Shown: positions 1 to 15,249, counted from the first letter of the stretch. The stretch: 64,000 nt of DNA from the human T2T-CHM13v2.0 reference genome, Homo sapiens (GCF_009914755.1 NC_060927.1), one strand, 5' to 3'. A program made the numbers and translations. The notes: generated by a model not told the origin, from the letters alone.

Positions 1-1100
1 TGCACCTGATTTAGAAAAGCAAGGTTTGTATCTGAAAGGATACAAATTTTTATCAAGAATGGACTCACAGAGGGCCCAGACAGCTGCCTATTTCTTTCTG
101 AGTCCTGGAGGCTTCCATTATTAAGATTCTTGCACTTCACGACTCATCACAAAATAGGCAAGATGATTCAAATTACTAACAAATATTGATGGAATGACTA
201 ATAAAATTGCTAAAATAGTTTATGGCTCCTGTTTGGTTTTTCAAATACATCATCCCAGGAGGACAATAAAAGCTTCAGGTGCTACATTTATGCTATCTAA
301 TGAACAATTTGAACATTTACAAACGGATTTCACTCAATTGCCACTTTCAATGGGTATAAATATGATCTTGTAATAGACTATGTTCTCTGGTTATATAGAG
401 GCTTTCCATGCAGGAAGGCCAATGTTATAACAGTGGCTGAAAAGTTATTTGAAAGTGTGTTTTCTTTATGGGGCATTCCTGGAAAAATCATCAGTAATAG
501 TGGTACTAATTTTATTGGAAAAATTATAAAACAGTTTAACAGGGTGTTACTAACAATAGCTTTGCCACTGTTCCTATCATTCTCAGTCCTCTGTGACTAG
601 AAAGAATAAATAGAATTTTGAAATTTTAATTGGCAAGGTCAATTGGATTGCCTTGGCCAAGTTATAATCATTATGAAATAGTTACTGGAAGGCCTGTACC
701 CTTAATACATGTGTCTCCTGCTTTTCTAAATTGTGATATGGCCAAATGTTATATGACTTTTATATATTATACCAGGTTGTATTTTCACCAGATAAAGGAG
801 GTTTTCATGATTCACCAACTGATGATATCCAGACCTTTCATATCTAGAACCCAGAGACTGGGTCTTCAGATGGAAGTGGCATCTGAAAGGACTGTCCTTG
901 AACCCTATTGGAAAGGGCCATTCCAGGTTCTTTTAGCACCTATACTTCATTAAAACTTCAGGGCATTAAACTTTGGGTTTAAATTTTATAATTTAAAAGG
1001 GCCTCTCCAGAGCCTTAGAACTGTCCACCTATTGGAGACTTTCAGGTAAAGCTGACCAGGCAAGGTTTTTCCCTAAAAGTAGATGACTTGTTGGATGTGG
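1..1100 (+). mobile_element. Decayed ERV1 (MER57-int-like) pol/integrase remnant
   Basis: Frameshifted translation gives integrase core motifs (FEHLQTDFTQLP, WGIPGKIISNSGTNF) at ~310-520 and the C-terminal GPY/F motif LEPYWKGPFQVLL (ORF 630-953). Many stops and frameshifts. Confidence 0.85.
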
Positions 1101-1139
1101 ACAGCTTTTCCCCAAGACATTGGAATAAGATTCCTTATC

Positions 1140-2212
1140 ATAATGAGGCTCTTACACCTGTTACCGTTTCCTTGCCTATACCTACTTCTTTTGTTTGACA
1201 AGATAATTTTGTAACTAGATTTCTGGACCCACTTGTTCTCACTCCCTATTTTAATTTAACCCAGCTATAAGTGCTAGATTACTTACTAGCTGAATAGGGA
1301 GGAGTTTGTGCAGTATAATATTTCTGTTGCACATAAATGAATACTTTGGATATTGCAGAGACTTAGTTACAAAAAATTAACATACAAGCTATTTGGTCAA
1401 AATGAAAAGACTCCTTCTCCAGCTTCATTCTTTAATAGATTTGATTTTAGTTGGTTTGGTTCATGAGGAACTTGGCTAAGGAATATACTCCAAATCCTTG
1501 GTATTATTCTTTTGTTACCATAACACCAGGCATTCAGTCCAGGTCTTGCTGCTCACCTTACAGAAAGTCAATCACTGAGGCAATTATTATAGCCAAAGAA
1601 GAAGGCTTTAATTGGGTGTTGCAGCCAAGGAAATGGAGATTAGTCTCAAATCCATCTCCCTGATCAACTAAAATTACGGGATTATATAGCAGGGAATAAA
1701 TGTAATAATGTGTGGGAAAACAGGAGCTAGGGAGGGATAAGGAAACAATCATGATGAATGAGGGATCCAACATCTCATTGTCTGGATGTGGTGATCTGGT
1801 GAGTTTCAGTTCTTTGACGCTTTTTGAGAGGTCTGAGGGTCTTTTTCTGAGGAAAGAACTCAGATAAAACAAAGGTAAGCTTCAAGCTTTAAGACTAGAA
1901 GCGTCGATTTTTATGTTTATCCAAAAAAACTGTCTATAGGACTATTATATTGGTTTCACTCATCATAATAGTAGAGCCGCTGGTGCACTGTATTCTTTCG
2001 TAGAGTCTTAAATGTCTATGTGCAGAAATATGCTGGACACTAAATGGTCTCTCTTTGGCTGAGATGACAAGAACTCAAAGAAATATAGGATCATGAGGAC
2101 ATCATAACCTATGAACGACATGTTGAGTGCAGTAACCCAGTATGATGGTGACTAAGAGTAGTGCTAATACCCTAAGTTTTGGTCATACACACACATAGAC
2201 AGAAGGGGGAAA
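1140..2212 (+). mobile_element. ERV1 env remnant (TM part) and 3' region, interrupted by an LTR at 1513-1958
   Basis: gtgctagattacttactagctgaatagggaggagtttgtgca at ~1271 reads VLDYLLAE*GGVCA, the immunosuppressive-domain motif. Polypurine tract agaagggggaaa at 2201-2212 lies directly before the LTR. Confidence 0.8.
1513..1958 (-). mobile_element. Solo ERV1 LTR (MER66-like) inserted antisense into env
   Basis: TGTTACCA...GGTTTCA termini; resembles a recalled MER4-group LTR consensus; env sequence resumes after it. Subfamily uncertain. Confidence 0.7.
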
Positions 2213-2565
2213 TAGTCAAATAAAATTCATGGAAGGCTATTGATTTGGACTAGGCTACTGCACTAAGCCTAACAAGATAAACTAAAACGTAGTTTAACTA
2301 TAGTAGCTGAGCTTCAGTTAATTTCAGGAAGCTCTATCACAAATTAACCAATTAAGCTATAACCAATCAAGATGTCTCTACACCACACTTCCATTTCCTA
2401 TATATACTGTCAGATCATGTTATTGATTGGAGTTCTCTGAACCTCTTCTGGTTTGGAAAACTGCCTGATTCACAAATTGTCTTTGCTTTGTTTTGTTTTG
2501 CTTTTCTTTGCTCAAAGTAATTCAGCTGAAATGTAAACGTAACCAGTGTTTTTCTCTATTTAAAA
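2213..2565 (+). mobile_element. 3' LTR, MER57 family
   Basis: Follows the PPT; tagtcaaataaaattcatggaaggctattgatttggactagg matches the recalled MER57 5' end. Confidence 0.7.
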
Positions 2566-3715
2566 CCAGAAAAAGAACATGAGTTATCCAACTTGTATGT
2601 TCATTGGGTTGTACCCACTTTGAAGTTATATTTGTCTTCAACCTATCCCTGTTCCCAGGAAATGAAACAATGTGCTGATAATGAATCAATAATATGTTGA
2701 TACCGTGCATGGGATTAATCAAGAGCCCTTATTCTCTTTCAGGACAATTTCAAGCTGCCAGTTATCAGCAGACGCATGCAAGCTGGAGAGTAAGCCAAGC
2801 ACATGCTTGATAGAAACAATCAGGCTGCACATACTAACCTTAGCAGTGAAATTCAGAAACGGCCTTTTGAGTTTCTAGGACCCAAAGCTAGAAATGCACA
2901 CAACCTTAGGTTAAATACCAATCCCCTCATTCTCTCCTTGGGTCAACTAGTACACATTCAAATTACTTAACCTTGAGTTGCTTCTCTTGTAGTGAAGACA
3001 CTAACTTACCTTTTCCTTTATACTTGAGAGGAGTATCTAATTAAAATAAAGATTTTCTCCACATTTGGATATAAATGCTTAATTTTTGCAGCTGACCATT
3101 TTACCACTTCTTGCTTCCTCATTATATATTGAGTAAAGATAACTTCATAGAGTAGAATAAACCATTACAGCTCTGATTAAAGTGACCCTAACAATCTGCT
3201 GTTGATTGCCTCCTTCAGGGAGAATTCATTGATAAATAATAATATAAGGACACAAAAGATGCTATTTTAGTTGCTCTACTAAAAACCAATTCTTAGAAGT
3301 AAGGCAATATAAAAACAATAAAAAGTTTGTTTGTTCCTCTTTTTATTTTCCCCACTTAAAATTATATGGCAATAAAACATTCTTTCTATTCCAACTCTCT
3401 AATTTTACACATGAAAAAATATATAACTAGAAAAGTAAAAGGTACTGTCCCACCTTCACCAAGTTAGTTGTTTCCAGAATGTTGATTCAGTTAAAATTCT
3501 ACACTTACAGATTCTATCTGCACTTTCCCTGACTTTACTGACTTCTAAACTCCAGACCTGATTCTTTATCTGGGTGGGCAGTGTTCTTACTCAATACTAA
3601 ATGTTCCCTTGGCCTGAATGTGTGGATTTCACAACGTTCTGATGCCAGCCAGTAAAGAGTTCCAATTCTAGCCTCTCCTAAACTGTATTCTAGCAACTAG
3701 CACGCCTGCTGAATA

Positions 3716-4119
3716 TGTGCCAGATGTGCACGGCATCTCCCACATTCTCTTTTAGGTCCATTCTCTACTCATCTTCATCTTACTCTGTTCCCTAGAGGCT
3801 AACCAATATGGACTGTAAAAATTTTCCCCCTTATTTTCTGGTTTCTGAGTGGATTTAGCCAATTGGGAGTATCCACAGGGGGTGGGAAAAGGAAGATAAT
3901 AAAGTCACAATATTTATTCCCATAGTTCCCTCTCTGCAGAATTAACTCCCTCAACCCAAGGCCACAGCACCCATTGGAAACCTTCTCACTAGGAAACAGA
4001 CACCTGCTACCACTGGCTGCACTATCACTTGTGGTTTGTCTTAACCATACTCGCAGCCTTCATAATTGAATTCTCCTCAAACGACCACTTTCTTTCTTGT
4101 TCGAACCCAGACCAATACA
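3716..4119 (+). mobile_element. LTR33-like ERVL solo LTR
   Basis: tttagccaattgggag...atatttattcccatagttccctctctgc core; ends ccaataca. Confidence 0.6.
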
Positions 4120-4671
4120 TAAAAAGAAGAATTACAATATAAAGCACTGGAAGAACAAAATAATGTCTACTCATCTCTATCTCAGCTGTATTCCTATCTC
4201 ATTTTCCAAAATTCTATTCACTGGCAATGCAAAGTCTAAGCGTAAAAACTTTATCGTCTACACTCTGTGCTATACTCCTTATTAAAATGATGTTTGAAAA
4301 GACATAGCACTTAACCTAAAAAATAGTGGCATGTAAATTATACCACATCTTTAATTTGCAAAGCATATGAAATGGTTTTACTTAAGCTCCTTTATAATAA
4401 TAATTCTTATCTCTTAAAATATTAAAATGTGGAAATGCTCTTAGAACCTTTTGATATGTTACATGTTACATCTTAATTGAGCATATTCCTGTTAAAGATG
4501 CTGACAGTCTTACTACACACGTGCAATAATACTGTAATCAGTTAAAAAAGTGATTAACAGCATAGAGTTAAATCAGTCTACTGTGGAAGGACAGTGTCTC
4601 TTCCCCCACTTTGAAAGTTACATTTTAAATCCCCCATGTAACCTCATGTAAAAATAAGCTTATGATTGAGG

Positions 4672-4950
4672 GGCTAAAATATAATTTTCAAAAAATTCAA
4701 AACATGATCCTTATATAAATATAGAATAAACACTATAAAAGATTGTATTAATTAATTAATAAGAGAATCAGTAAGATGGTAAGTCTGGTTCAAAGGAGAT
4801 TTTGAGAAACAGAGACTTTTATAATCAGTCAAAAGAGTAATGAAATGGATTTGCTGGTGTCCATAGACTGCAGTCCAAAACTGCTTAACGGAGACATAAA
4901 ATGGTGATACTTGGAGTTATCTTTTCTATCATCCAGAAATACATAAGTTA
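4672..4950 (+). mobile_element. LTR37-like LTR fragment
   Basis: ctaaaatataattttc...aatcagtaagatg resembles the reverse complement of the element at 37336-37766. Confidence 0.4.
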
Positions 4951-5757
4951 CCATGTAAATGGAAAATAATAAAAATGATTAAGTAGCAAATAGTTAAGTA
5001 AATACAGGTGCATTCTCCTATAAAATTAAATAATTATTGAGTGAGTCTGTAAAATAATGACATTGAAAAGCCAGTTAGTCATCCTCTATTTTAAAGTTTT
5101 GGATACTTTTTTTTAAACAAAAAATATTAACACTCCATGCAACATGACATTGTGTTGAATAAGGTTATTATTAAACCTATGCTTACACACAATTTTTTAA
5201 TTTATTGAAATCAAAAACATATAGCAAGATCTTCTTTGATATCTTATTAAAAATAAAAAAATCCCTTTCTGCGGCTTAGAATTTCTTATTCTCTCCTACT
5301 TCTCTGAATATTTCAAGTCAGAATGGGAAGTGTGAATAAAGTTCATGTGATTCTTTTCTTTCTATCTAACTTTAATGAATTTCTTTTAGAAATAATCCCA
5401 TGAATAAATAAATTATCAGAGTATGTAGCTTTTCTTCCATTTATGATGACTATGCGACTTTTCTCACACATGCAAATTAAATTTTTAAGTTATTGATTTT
5501 ACTAGATGCAGACTTTAGAAACAACCACTTGCTTTTAGAAAGAGTTTTGTTTTTTCTTACTCAGGCTATTCCTAAAAGCTTCCAAATATTTGCCCCTTTG
5601 GGGTTTTCTTGAACACTGGTAACATGATAGGACAAATCAGTTTTCCACAAAAGCAAAGGTAATAAAACTCAAGAAAATGTGGATAACCAAAGTTACAAAG
5701 ATGAAAAAAATAAGAGAAAATATGCCACAGAAAATGAAAAGTAATGGCTATGATATT

Positions 5758-5835
5758 TACCATATGTCAAAAACTGAGATGGGTGCATTTAATACTATAG
5801 GTCAAAAACCGAGATGGGTGCATTTCATACCATAT
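5758..5835. repeat. 35-bp tandem duplication (about 2.2 copies)
   Basis: gtcaaaaactgagatgggtgcatttaatactatag (5766-5800) and gtcaaaaaccgagatgggtgcatttcataccatat (5801-5835). Confidence 0.9.
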
Positions 5836-6899
5836 TAGCTTCTTCTCACATCAACTCTGCACTCTGTGGGAAAAAGTAGAAAACTCAAGTTTACACAGCT
5901 AAAAGGATAAGCTAGGATGTGAAAAAAATCTATTGGTCCCTATTCACTACACCAAACTGCCTTGCTAAGAAATAATATATTCTACATGTTATCGTTATAA
6001 GTTATGGTGATACTAACATAAAGCAACCAATCAATTTATGATTATCCACTGATTATAAAGTGTACTAACTTCTCTGTCTTATCAATTCTGGAAATATTTT
6101 TTCTTGAAATAATATGAGAATAGGGTATATTTAATCACCACTTTGAAAAGTAGAATAATCAACCGTAACTTTTTTTTACAAATATTTCATTAAAAATATG
6201 ATTATAACAAAAATAACAAGCCTGAAAAACTCTACTTTGCAAGTAAGAAAGCTCTTTGTTTCTTCTAAAATTTTGATGCCAAAATCTAAAATGTTTTGCT
6301 TTTCCACAAAAGCATGCTTTTTCTCTGTTTTCACCTGCTGTGAGAATTATTCCTACATTATAATTAGTTCAGATAAATGAATGGCAAGATTGCTCTTCAG
6401 ATTTTACTTCTTAAAGCTCATTTACATGATGGTCTATGATGACATGGTTATTAACAGATTTGGGGCAATTAATTAGGGTAGTTTGTAGAGTTGTTAGCAC
6501 AAAGGGAAACTAAGAGGTTACTTTAGTAAAAATCTTTGTTCTCATGAGACATGACAGTCCCATTAAGCCACACTAACTGAATGAATAGTGCTATTACTCC
6601 TCTCATGATGCTTTATTTGGTAGACACTACATTATTTGCAGAATTATTTTTAAGTTTCAGAGTGTGAAGTTTTGGTGTCCTTCCTTTAAACTACTGCCAT
6701 ATTTCAACTCCCTTTTAACTTCAAGCTGTAGAGCATTGGTAGTGTGCTTTTGCTGCTTCCTCTTTCTCAGGAGCACTTTCTTTCAGCCTCGTATGCTCCA
6801 ACTTACACAAGCGTATCATAGCAAAATCTCCAACAATAACTAAGAAAAATAAAGAACTGCCTTTCTGTGGCTTAGGGTCCTTTCATTTCCTAGTGCATT

Positions 6900-7289
6900 C
6901 TCCTCCCTTTTTCCAGATACTTATCCAGGACTTCCCAATACCAGTTTTCAATTCCTTCCTGGACCCCAGCTCTTGCTGTCAAGTGGGGTCTGTGACTAAC
7001 GGTTCTGTACGATGAGATGTGAGTGGATGTGACACATGGCACTTTCAGGCTGATCCAAAATAAACCTTCTGCCCTGTTTTCCACTCGGTCTCTCTCCTCT
7101 CCTGCCACAGCACTCCCAAAAGAGGATAAAGAAGACAGAAGTCCACTGAGCTACTACAAGTAAGATAGCTGTCCCAAAGTGTCACCTATGCCCACCAAGG
7201 ACTTTGCCTTAGAGAAATAAATTTCACTGTGTTAAACCACTGGAATTATTTGAAGTTAGAGCAAAATTTAGCCTACCCTACTAATCCAC
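6900..7289 (+). mobile_element. Old MLT1 (MaLR) LTR
   Basis: tgtgactaac...gatgagatgtgagtggatgtgacac and gaaataaatttcactgtgttaaaccactg motifs. Confidence 0.6.
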
Positions 7290-9043
7290 CTTAGTAGAAC
7301 TTGAAGTAACAAGCCGTGAGACGGGGGCCGACTCAAGAACCACTTATCCATTTATATTTCCAAAACTTACAGTATTGTGCATGTACGCTGAAAGACTTAT
7401 TGTAATTTAGATAAGTGAAAACAAATGTTTTTAAACAAAATTTATGGATAGCGAATGTAGAGTAGAGAAAAACACACTATTTTAAATGCTGGCTGCAGTT
7501 TGATTTGAGTAGCGGAAAAATATTTTAAAAATCAGCTTTTATTTGTAAATAAACTAGTCTATAGGCTTTTTCATTATCAAACGCAAGTTCCCACCCCCAA
7601 ACTCTCTCTCACACACATACACATAAACATGCAGAATTTGGATAGACTAAATTACTTTGCTTAAAATGTAATTTTGGAATTTTGAAGGTGCCTTCAATAA
7701 GACCCTGGAAGTGGAGGAACAGGGCTGGGGTTGGGGAAAGGGTCTTTAGTGACAGTGACGTAGAAATAAGCTTGATGAGAAGACTGCAGGCCCACAAGAA
7801 ATTCCACATGAAGACAAAGGATGAGGAAACTTGGAACCATCAGTTCATTAGGAGATGTTCTGTTTTCAGTTGTTGCTAATTCTATGATGGACAAAGATCC
7901 TTCTCAGTGGTCCTCAAACTTCAGGAGCAGTCTATGTGTATTAAAATATTGGATCTAGCTTTAAAACATCTAATATCCATTGACTGTTTCCATGATTTAC
8001 ATGATTTTGTTAGTAGTGAAAAGCTATTTTTTGTGCCTGCCTATCCTCCAGTCTTTTTTTTTTCCAAGAGCTGTGCAAGCTTGAATATATTACATGAGTC
8101 TTTAATGGATTAAATATAAATAACAAGCAAAGAGGCACTGAAGACTACAGCTACTCTGAATCTCTTAACCTTCCCATTCCACTTCTTCAGAGGTTTATGA
8201 ATGAATAATTTTAATTAATTAAATACTCAATCAGTGAGCCTCCGAACAATCAATTCTGACTAATTTTTCTTCCACTAAGCTAAAATTTAAAAAAATCCCA
8301 TCACCATTATAGGAAAGGGCTGCGTGAGGAAGTATTAAAGACCAAGGAAGGGGAAATGGGCTTCTTTCCTCTGGGAAAATGATAACGATGGAATTCCTCC
8401 TTGCCCTCTCTTAGTCTGTACATGTATAAGATCTCAAATACGCCAAATTGAACCTTTAATATTGAACGGCACACCTTCTGTCACAGATAGGAGTACCTTT
8501 ACTTCATGTATCTTTGATTCTCTTTTTAAATATTTAATGGGCTTTTTGTTTCAGGCAAAACAGGAAAAAAAAAGGAAAGAGGAAAAAACGAAGAAAAATA
8601 TTTAGAAAGAACACAGTGTAGTTAGAAATGTTTGTCTTGTAATAGGCATAACCTCAGTAACACAGAATAGGTCAGCCGAATGTTTTTGGCCTAAGAATTT
8701 TATGGCATTTCAAGATCCTTTCCAGGAGAGTTGTGGTTTGGACTGTTGAGCTACATCACAGCACCCTTCTTGTACTGTGGGTAAAACCCAGCAGTTGGGC
8801 AGTGCAGCATAAACAGTTGGTTATTTTTATATTCAAAATATGCTCCAACTAACTTTAATTCACAACTATTCAATGACATTTCATAAAATCAAGCATATTT
8901 TGAAAATATTGCACATTAATATTTATTTTCAGCTGCATAATCTTCAAATACCAACAGTAAATAAAAGAAACAATAATTCTTCATAAAACAATCATCTGTA
9001 CATGAGAATCCCTTTTTTAGCAGTGAAATTCTTATTTAGATGA

Positions 9044-9429
<386 letters not shown>

Positions 9430-10089
9430 CCCCTCTCTTATTGGCACTTCTGTTCAAATATATACACATTTCTGTGCATTTATTCTACAATGAAATTATT
9501 TTAAATCATGAATTATTGAACAATATACTTGCACTTTATGCAAGATGTTTTTATTAGAGAAACAGTATTTATAGTTACACTACATAAAATTTTTTTTTCC
9601 AATTTCCAGACATGTTTTACCCTTTTGAATTTCATTACTTTAATATTTGTCATTTCTGCGGCCTAAAATGCCTAGAATCATTTAAGATTTAATGAAGAGC
9701 TATTTACTTCCTAAATCTTCTTCCCCTGAGTAATGAAATAATTACCCTCCCATATCATAGAAACATGAAATATGAATCTCAAATTGAGCTGCTGTGAGAA
9801 GGGTTAGTGATGCTGCATAGGTGATCACCATGGTAACATTTGGAAATGGCACTAATGTCAAGCCAAGAATGTGGTATTTCTATTCCCTCAAGAGCCCAAC
9901 TAGGCACTGGAGATGAACTCTTGCATGGTCTCAGGAAAATGACTGAAAGCTAACATTTACTAAGTCTCCCACTGGAGTGCACACATCAACATTTTATATC
10001 ATTCTCAGAGGAAGATGATTTGAAAATACAACAACAACATATTCTCAATAGTTTTAATTAAAATTGTATTGTAACATTGTATCACTATG

Positions 10090-10118
10090 ATGTGTGTGTG
10101 TTTGTGTGTGTGTGTGTG
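10090..10118. repeat. (TG)n microsatellite
   Basis: Direct reading; a second, imperfect TG tract lies at ~10365-10402. Confidence 0.9.
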
Positions 10119-10874
10119 AACTTGATGTACATTCAAATGAGGCTTATCCCTAAGGAAGAATGTGGTAATACTAAGAAGAGAATCCACCAAAGCTTTATTC
10201 ATATAACAGAGATAATTAAATAATTAGATATTCTCTAAAATATTAGGATGAGTTAATTCATTTTTAACATCATGGATTTAGGAAGGTGATTCTATAAATC
10301 CTAAGGAGAATATGATTTACTTGGAATTGAAGAGGAATAATTAGTGTTACTCTGTCCCTGTTACGTGTGTGTATATGTGTGTGTGTATGTGTGTGCAGTG
10401 TGTATAAAATATATCCTATTTTAATTTCAGGATATATAAGAAACACCAGCTCGGACTGAATTTGGAAAATATAAGCTAATGTAAATTAAAAACTAATATA
10501 AAATATGTATGCAGAATTTAGCATTATAATATTCAAGTGCATATAGTAACTTAAATTAGAATTACTTAAAATGCTTCCAAGAGAAAGAGTTCATATAATA
10601 AGTACATAATTACTAATTGTAATTAGCATACTAAATATTTGTATGCAACTAAGTGCTTGTAAAGTACTTGAAAACAGTTTGTCACATAAGTAAACAATGT
10701 CCTTGTAATCTCGCCTGTTTTATTTAACAATATAAGTTAACAAACATTTTAACGATATATAATAAATTATATTTTTATAATATCATAACATACACAAATA
10801 TATAAAACTTGTTAACAAATATAATAAACATTTTCTACAGCTATTGAAAAGGGAAACTTCAGCCCATTTCACCA

Positions 10875-11100
10875 ATTCATTATTCATTCAATCAGTTGGT
10901 CAATCAACAAATAATTATTGAGCACCTGTCAAGTGCTATGCTAGGCTTTACAAATATAAAGAATGAAGTCCTCCTGGAGCCTACAGTCCACTGATGATGG
11001 TCCATAAACCACTACAATAGGAAAATATGGTCCTATGGGGAGATGACAGAACAAACTTCCCTAAGAAAGTGGAAACTGAACTGCCATTTGAATAGGCTTC
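10875..11100 (-). mobile_element. L2 3' end fragment
   Basis: attcattcaatc...caacaaataattattgagcacct. Confidence 0.6.
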
Positions 11101-11392
11101 AAATGGCAAAGGAAATATGGGAGTGTGATATTTTATATATTCCATGTTGTGGAGCAAAATTTCTGGCCCTTGTGATGATTTACATGACTTTTTCTACTTG
11201 TGAGGCTGAACAGTTGCCTCTATTTTTTAATGACTTGAACTTCATAAATTACTTTGTGATTTTTCTAAAATATCTTCTTCCCATTTATTTACCTGAGCCA
11301 ATATTCTTTTGTGAACTTAGTTGAAATGCATAGAGAACACTAGCAAAATTCCATCCTGTTGGCTGTTCCACAAGTATTTATTAATCGCCTAC

Positions 11393-11854
11393 TGTTATAG
11401 GTTGAATTATGTGTCCCCCGCAAAAGATGTGTTGAAGTCCTAAAAGCCAGAGTTCCACTCAGTAACACTCAGAAAGTGATCTTATTTGGAAGTAGGTCAT
11501 TCGCAATATAATTAGTCAAGATGAAATCATACTGGGGTAGGTGGGCCTCTAATAAATATGACTGTTGTCCTTTACAGAAGACAGAGACATGCACAGGGAG
11601 AACATCATGTGACAACAAAGGCGAAGACTGGAAGTTATGCAGCTGCAAGCCAAGGAACACCAAAAATTGCTGGCAAACTGCCAGAAGCTAGGAGGATGCA
11701 AGGTTAGAATTCCCCAAGTCTCAGAGGGAGCGTGGACCTGCCCACACCTTGATTTTGGACATGTAACTTCCAGAAATGTTAGACAATAAAATGCAGTTGT
11801 TTTAAACCATCCATTTGTGATACTTTATTACAGTAACCTTGGGAAACGACTACA
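11393..11854 (+). mobile_element. MLT1C-like solo LTR inserted into an L2 3' end
   Basis: TGTTATAGGTTGAATT...GACTACA; perfect 5-bp TSD CCTAC (11388-11392 and 11855-11859). Confidence 0.85.
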
Positions 11855-12699
11855 CCTACTACACCAGGCACTATTCTAGTCTCTTGTTTGATTGACACTA
11901 CAAAAAAATGCAATGAAATGAAAAGTATGGACCTTGTTCAAAGGAGCTTTCAGTAGATAGGTCTATAAATTAACTTGAGAATAATGAAGAACACATTACT
12001 TTTTGGTGACTATGTGGTAGAAATTACAAATAGTTATATAATTTCTTGATTTCTTAATTTTTCTTAAATTTCTTAACAAATTACAAAAACACTTTGGAAA
12101 TACTTGAAGTTAAATGCATTATAGGGACACCATGGGGCATACATCTTAAAATCTGTAAATCTAAATAAGCACTCAAATAATGTCCCAAATATATCTTAGT
12201 CTCCCTCATGAGAAATGAGTAGAATTAAAGCAGAATTTCTGACCACATCAACACCAAGAAAATATCATGTACAATTAAATCAGTCCATACATCACAATAC
12301 ATGGATAGAGATTTAGTCAATTACAAATTCCCCTGCTTCTAGAGACTGAGGTCAAACACTTTAGCTTGTACGAATAATGATGCAGTAATTTAATTGCTAA
12401 TTCCATTTTAACAAATTATATTAAAATAATAGACTATAATCGAAATGGTACGGGAGTAGACAAAATAAAGTGTGGTTATTTATAATGTAAATAAAGGCAG
12501 TGAGTGGCATACACAGTGGGCCAAATTCAGCTCTTAGATGAGCACACAAGGGCCCTATTAACTTTAAAATTAGCCATGTTCATGCGTATGAATTAGATTA
12601 TTCTCTAAAGTAGTCATTTTTTTCTGAATGAACTGTACGATAGAGATTTATATACTTTTATGCAAATCATGTGAAATTTATATTCTATATAAGTAAAAT

Positions 12700-13160
12700 A
12701 TATGTATGTGAGGGGGTGTTTTATCCTTCACAGTTTTATACTGATTATGCCTAGAATGAGCGAGTTAGTTTATTTCCATGAAATTTGAACTTGACCATGT
12801 AATTTGCTCTGGTCAATGGAATGTTAGGAGGCATGTGAATAGTGTCTGCTTGTTATCTTGTTTTCCTGTTAGATTGCTCTTTTTGCTTGTTAGGTTGCTC
12901 TTTCCTGCTGCTAGGAATCTTTCCCATATGGAGTCAACAAGCCCAGGCTAGCCTATCAGAAGAAGAAAAACCATCTGCAGAGAAAAACTCCAGCATGCTG
13001 GACATTCCAGTTGAGGCCTTAGATCATCTAGTCTCAATCAAGCCAGCTCAGACCCAAAGAAATTCCCAGCCAACACACAACATAAGAAATAATACATTTT
13101 TATTGTTTTTGCAACTTAGTAGTTGGGTAGTTGATTATGCAGCTGAAACTAATACGTACA
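12700..13160 (+). mobile_element. Old MLT1 LTR (F/G/H-like)
   Basis: ttgaccatgtaatttgctctggtcaatggaatg core and MaLR-type 3' end. Confidence 0.55.
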
Positions 13161-13944
13161 GCTCCAAAAATCACTGTTTATAATACTAACTGAGTGCCTA
13201 GCATGTATTTGGCACTTTTTCTAGAAAATTTGCATACTATTGCTAAAGTTTCAACTAAAATACGGTTATGTTTACCTTCATTTTAGCAATAAGGAAAGTT
13301 GCCTTGTTTCATAGTTAATAAGGTTTTAAGCTTAAGTCTGGCAGCTGTTCCTATTTTGCCATGCTTTCTCTTTAAAAGAATCAACTTAGCCTCTCCATGA
13401 TTATTTACTAATATACTAATAGTTTTAAAGAAGTCCCTTAGGTGCTGTGCCAATAATTATCCACAATGATTACCTCATATTCACTTTTCTACTTGTGTCT
13501 ATTGATTTAATGAGCAAAGAATTTTCTTTAACCTCAGACAATTTATTTTTGGTCTCATGGGAGCCTCATGTTTGTAAATAATAAGAACTTGATTTAAGAA
13601 ATGAGGGTCTAAGCAAAAATGAGGTGTGTAAAAATGGACCATTTTGTATAATTCAAGGAACTTTTAGGAGAGTTGGCTGTCTCTGATAATGTACGGTATA
13701 AGATAAAGTGAAGAGTTCTTGGTGACTGTTGATCATTAGAATCATAACTGGAATAAGATGATAGATTATTCTAAAGTGGCAATAAAAATGCTAAACAATT
13801 ATAGAACACTTATAATTTTGGTTAAGATATGGAAACTTGAAACTAGGTATTTACTTATCACCCAGAAAAAAACTCATTTCGTTTTTTCTTTTAATTTAAG
13901 AGCCACTGTGTCAAAAAGAACTAACATGTTTTGCATATTTGCTA

Positions 13945-14100
13945 TTTACCTAGCACAATTCTAAGTGTTTTTCATATATCCTCTCATTAATTCTCAAAAC
14001 ATCTCTATAGGTAGGTACTGTGGATTTCTCTATTTTATAGATAAGGTAATAGAAGCAGAGAAAGTTAATTAAATTCACATATTAAAAGGTAGAAGCAGAA
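13945..14100 (-). mobile_element. MIR fragment
   Basis: ctattttatagataaggtaatagaagcagagaaagttaa core. Confidence 0.6.
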
Positions 14101-14199
14101 TATTACTGTTCACCTTATTCAGTTAAATTCAAAACATTCAAAAACTTAATGACATAAATTATTCTTGCTTTTCCCTTCACACTCGTTTACTCCACATTT

Positions 14200-14586
14200 C
14201 TTTATTTATCATATACTTAATGAGCATCTGATGTATACTCAGCAAGGTTCTTGGTCTTGAAAATTCAGCAGTGAACACAAGATACAAAAGCTCTCTGTTC
14301 TCCAGTGGAGCTCACATTCTAGTGGGGTTTGTGGGTAGGGGACAGAAAAATAAACATAGAGTTAAACATGCAAGGAAAATATCAGAGAGTGGTGAATGTT
14401 GAGCAGAAAATGAAAGCAGGATGATGATGAAAAGTAACTAGTGGGGCTGCTCTGGATTAGGTGGTGCTAGAAGGCCTCTCTGAGGAGGGAACTCTCAATC
14501 TAAGATTTGAAAACAGGAAGGGACCAGCAACAGGAAGAGCAAGTGAAAGAGCATTCTAAACACAGGAGCAGCTAGTGCAAAAGCCC
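14200..14586 (-). mobile_element. L2 fragment (resumes after ~15325)
   Basis: gagctcacattctagtgggg and gaaggcctctctgaggagg L2 motifs. Confidence 0.75.
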
Positions 14587-14603
14587 TAACTCAGAAATGA
14601 TGA

Positions 14604-15249
<646 letters not shown>

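Noticed and set aside
5758-5835. Repeat of CRISPR-like unit length
   Set aside because: Only two abutting copies, no spacers, eukaryotic context.
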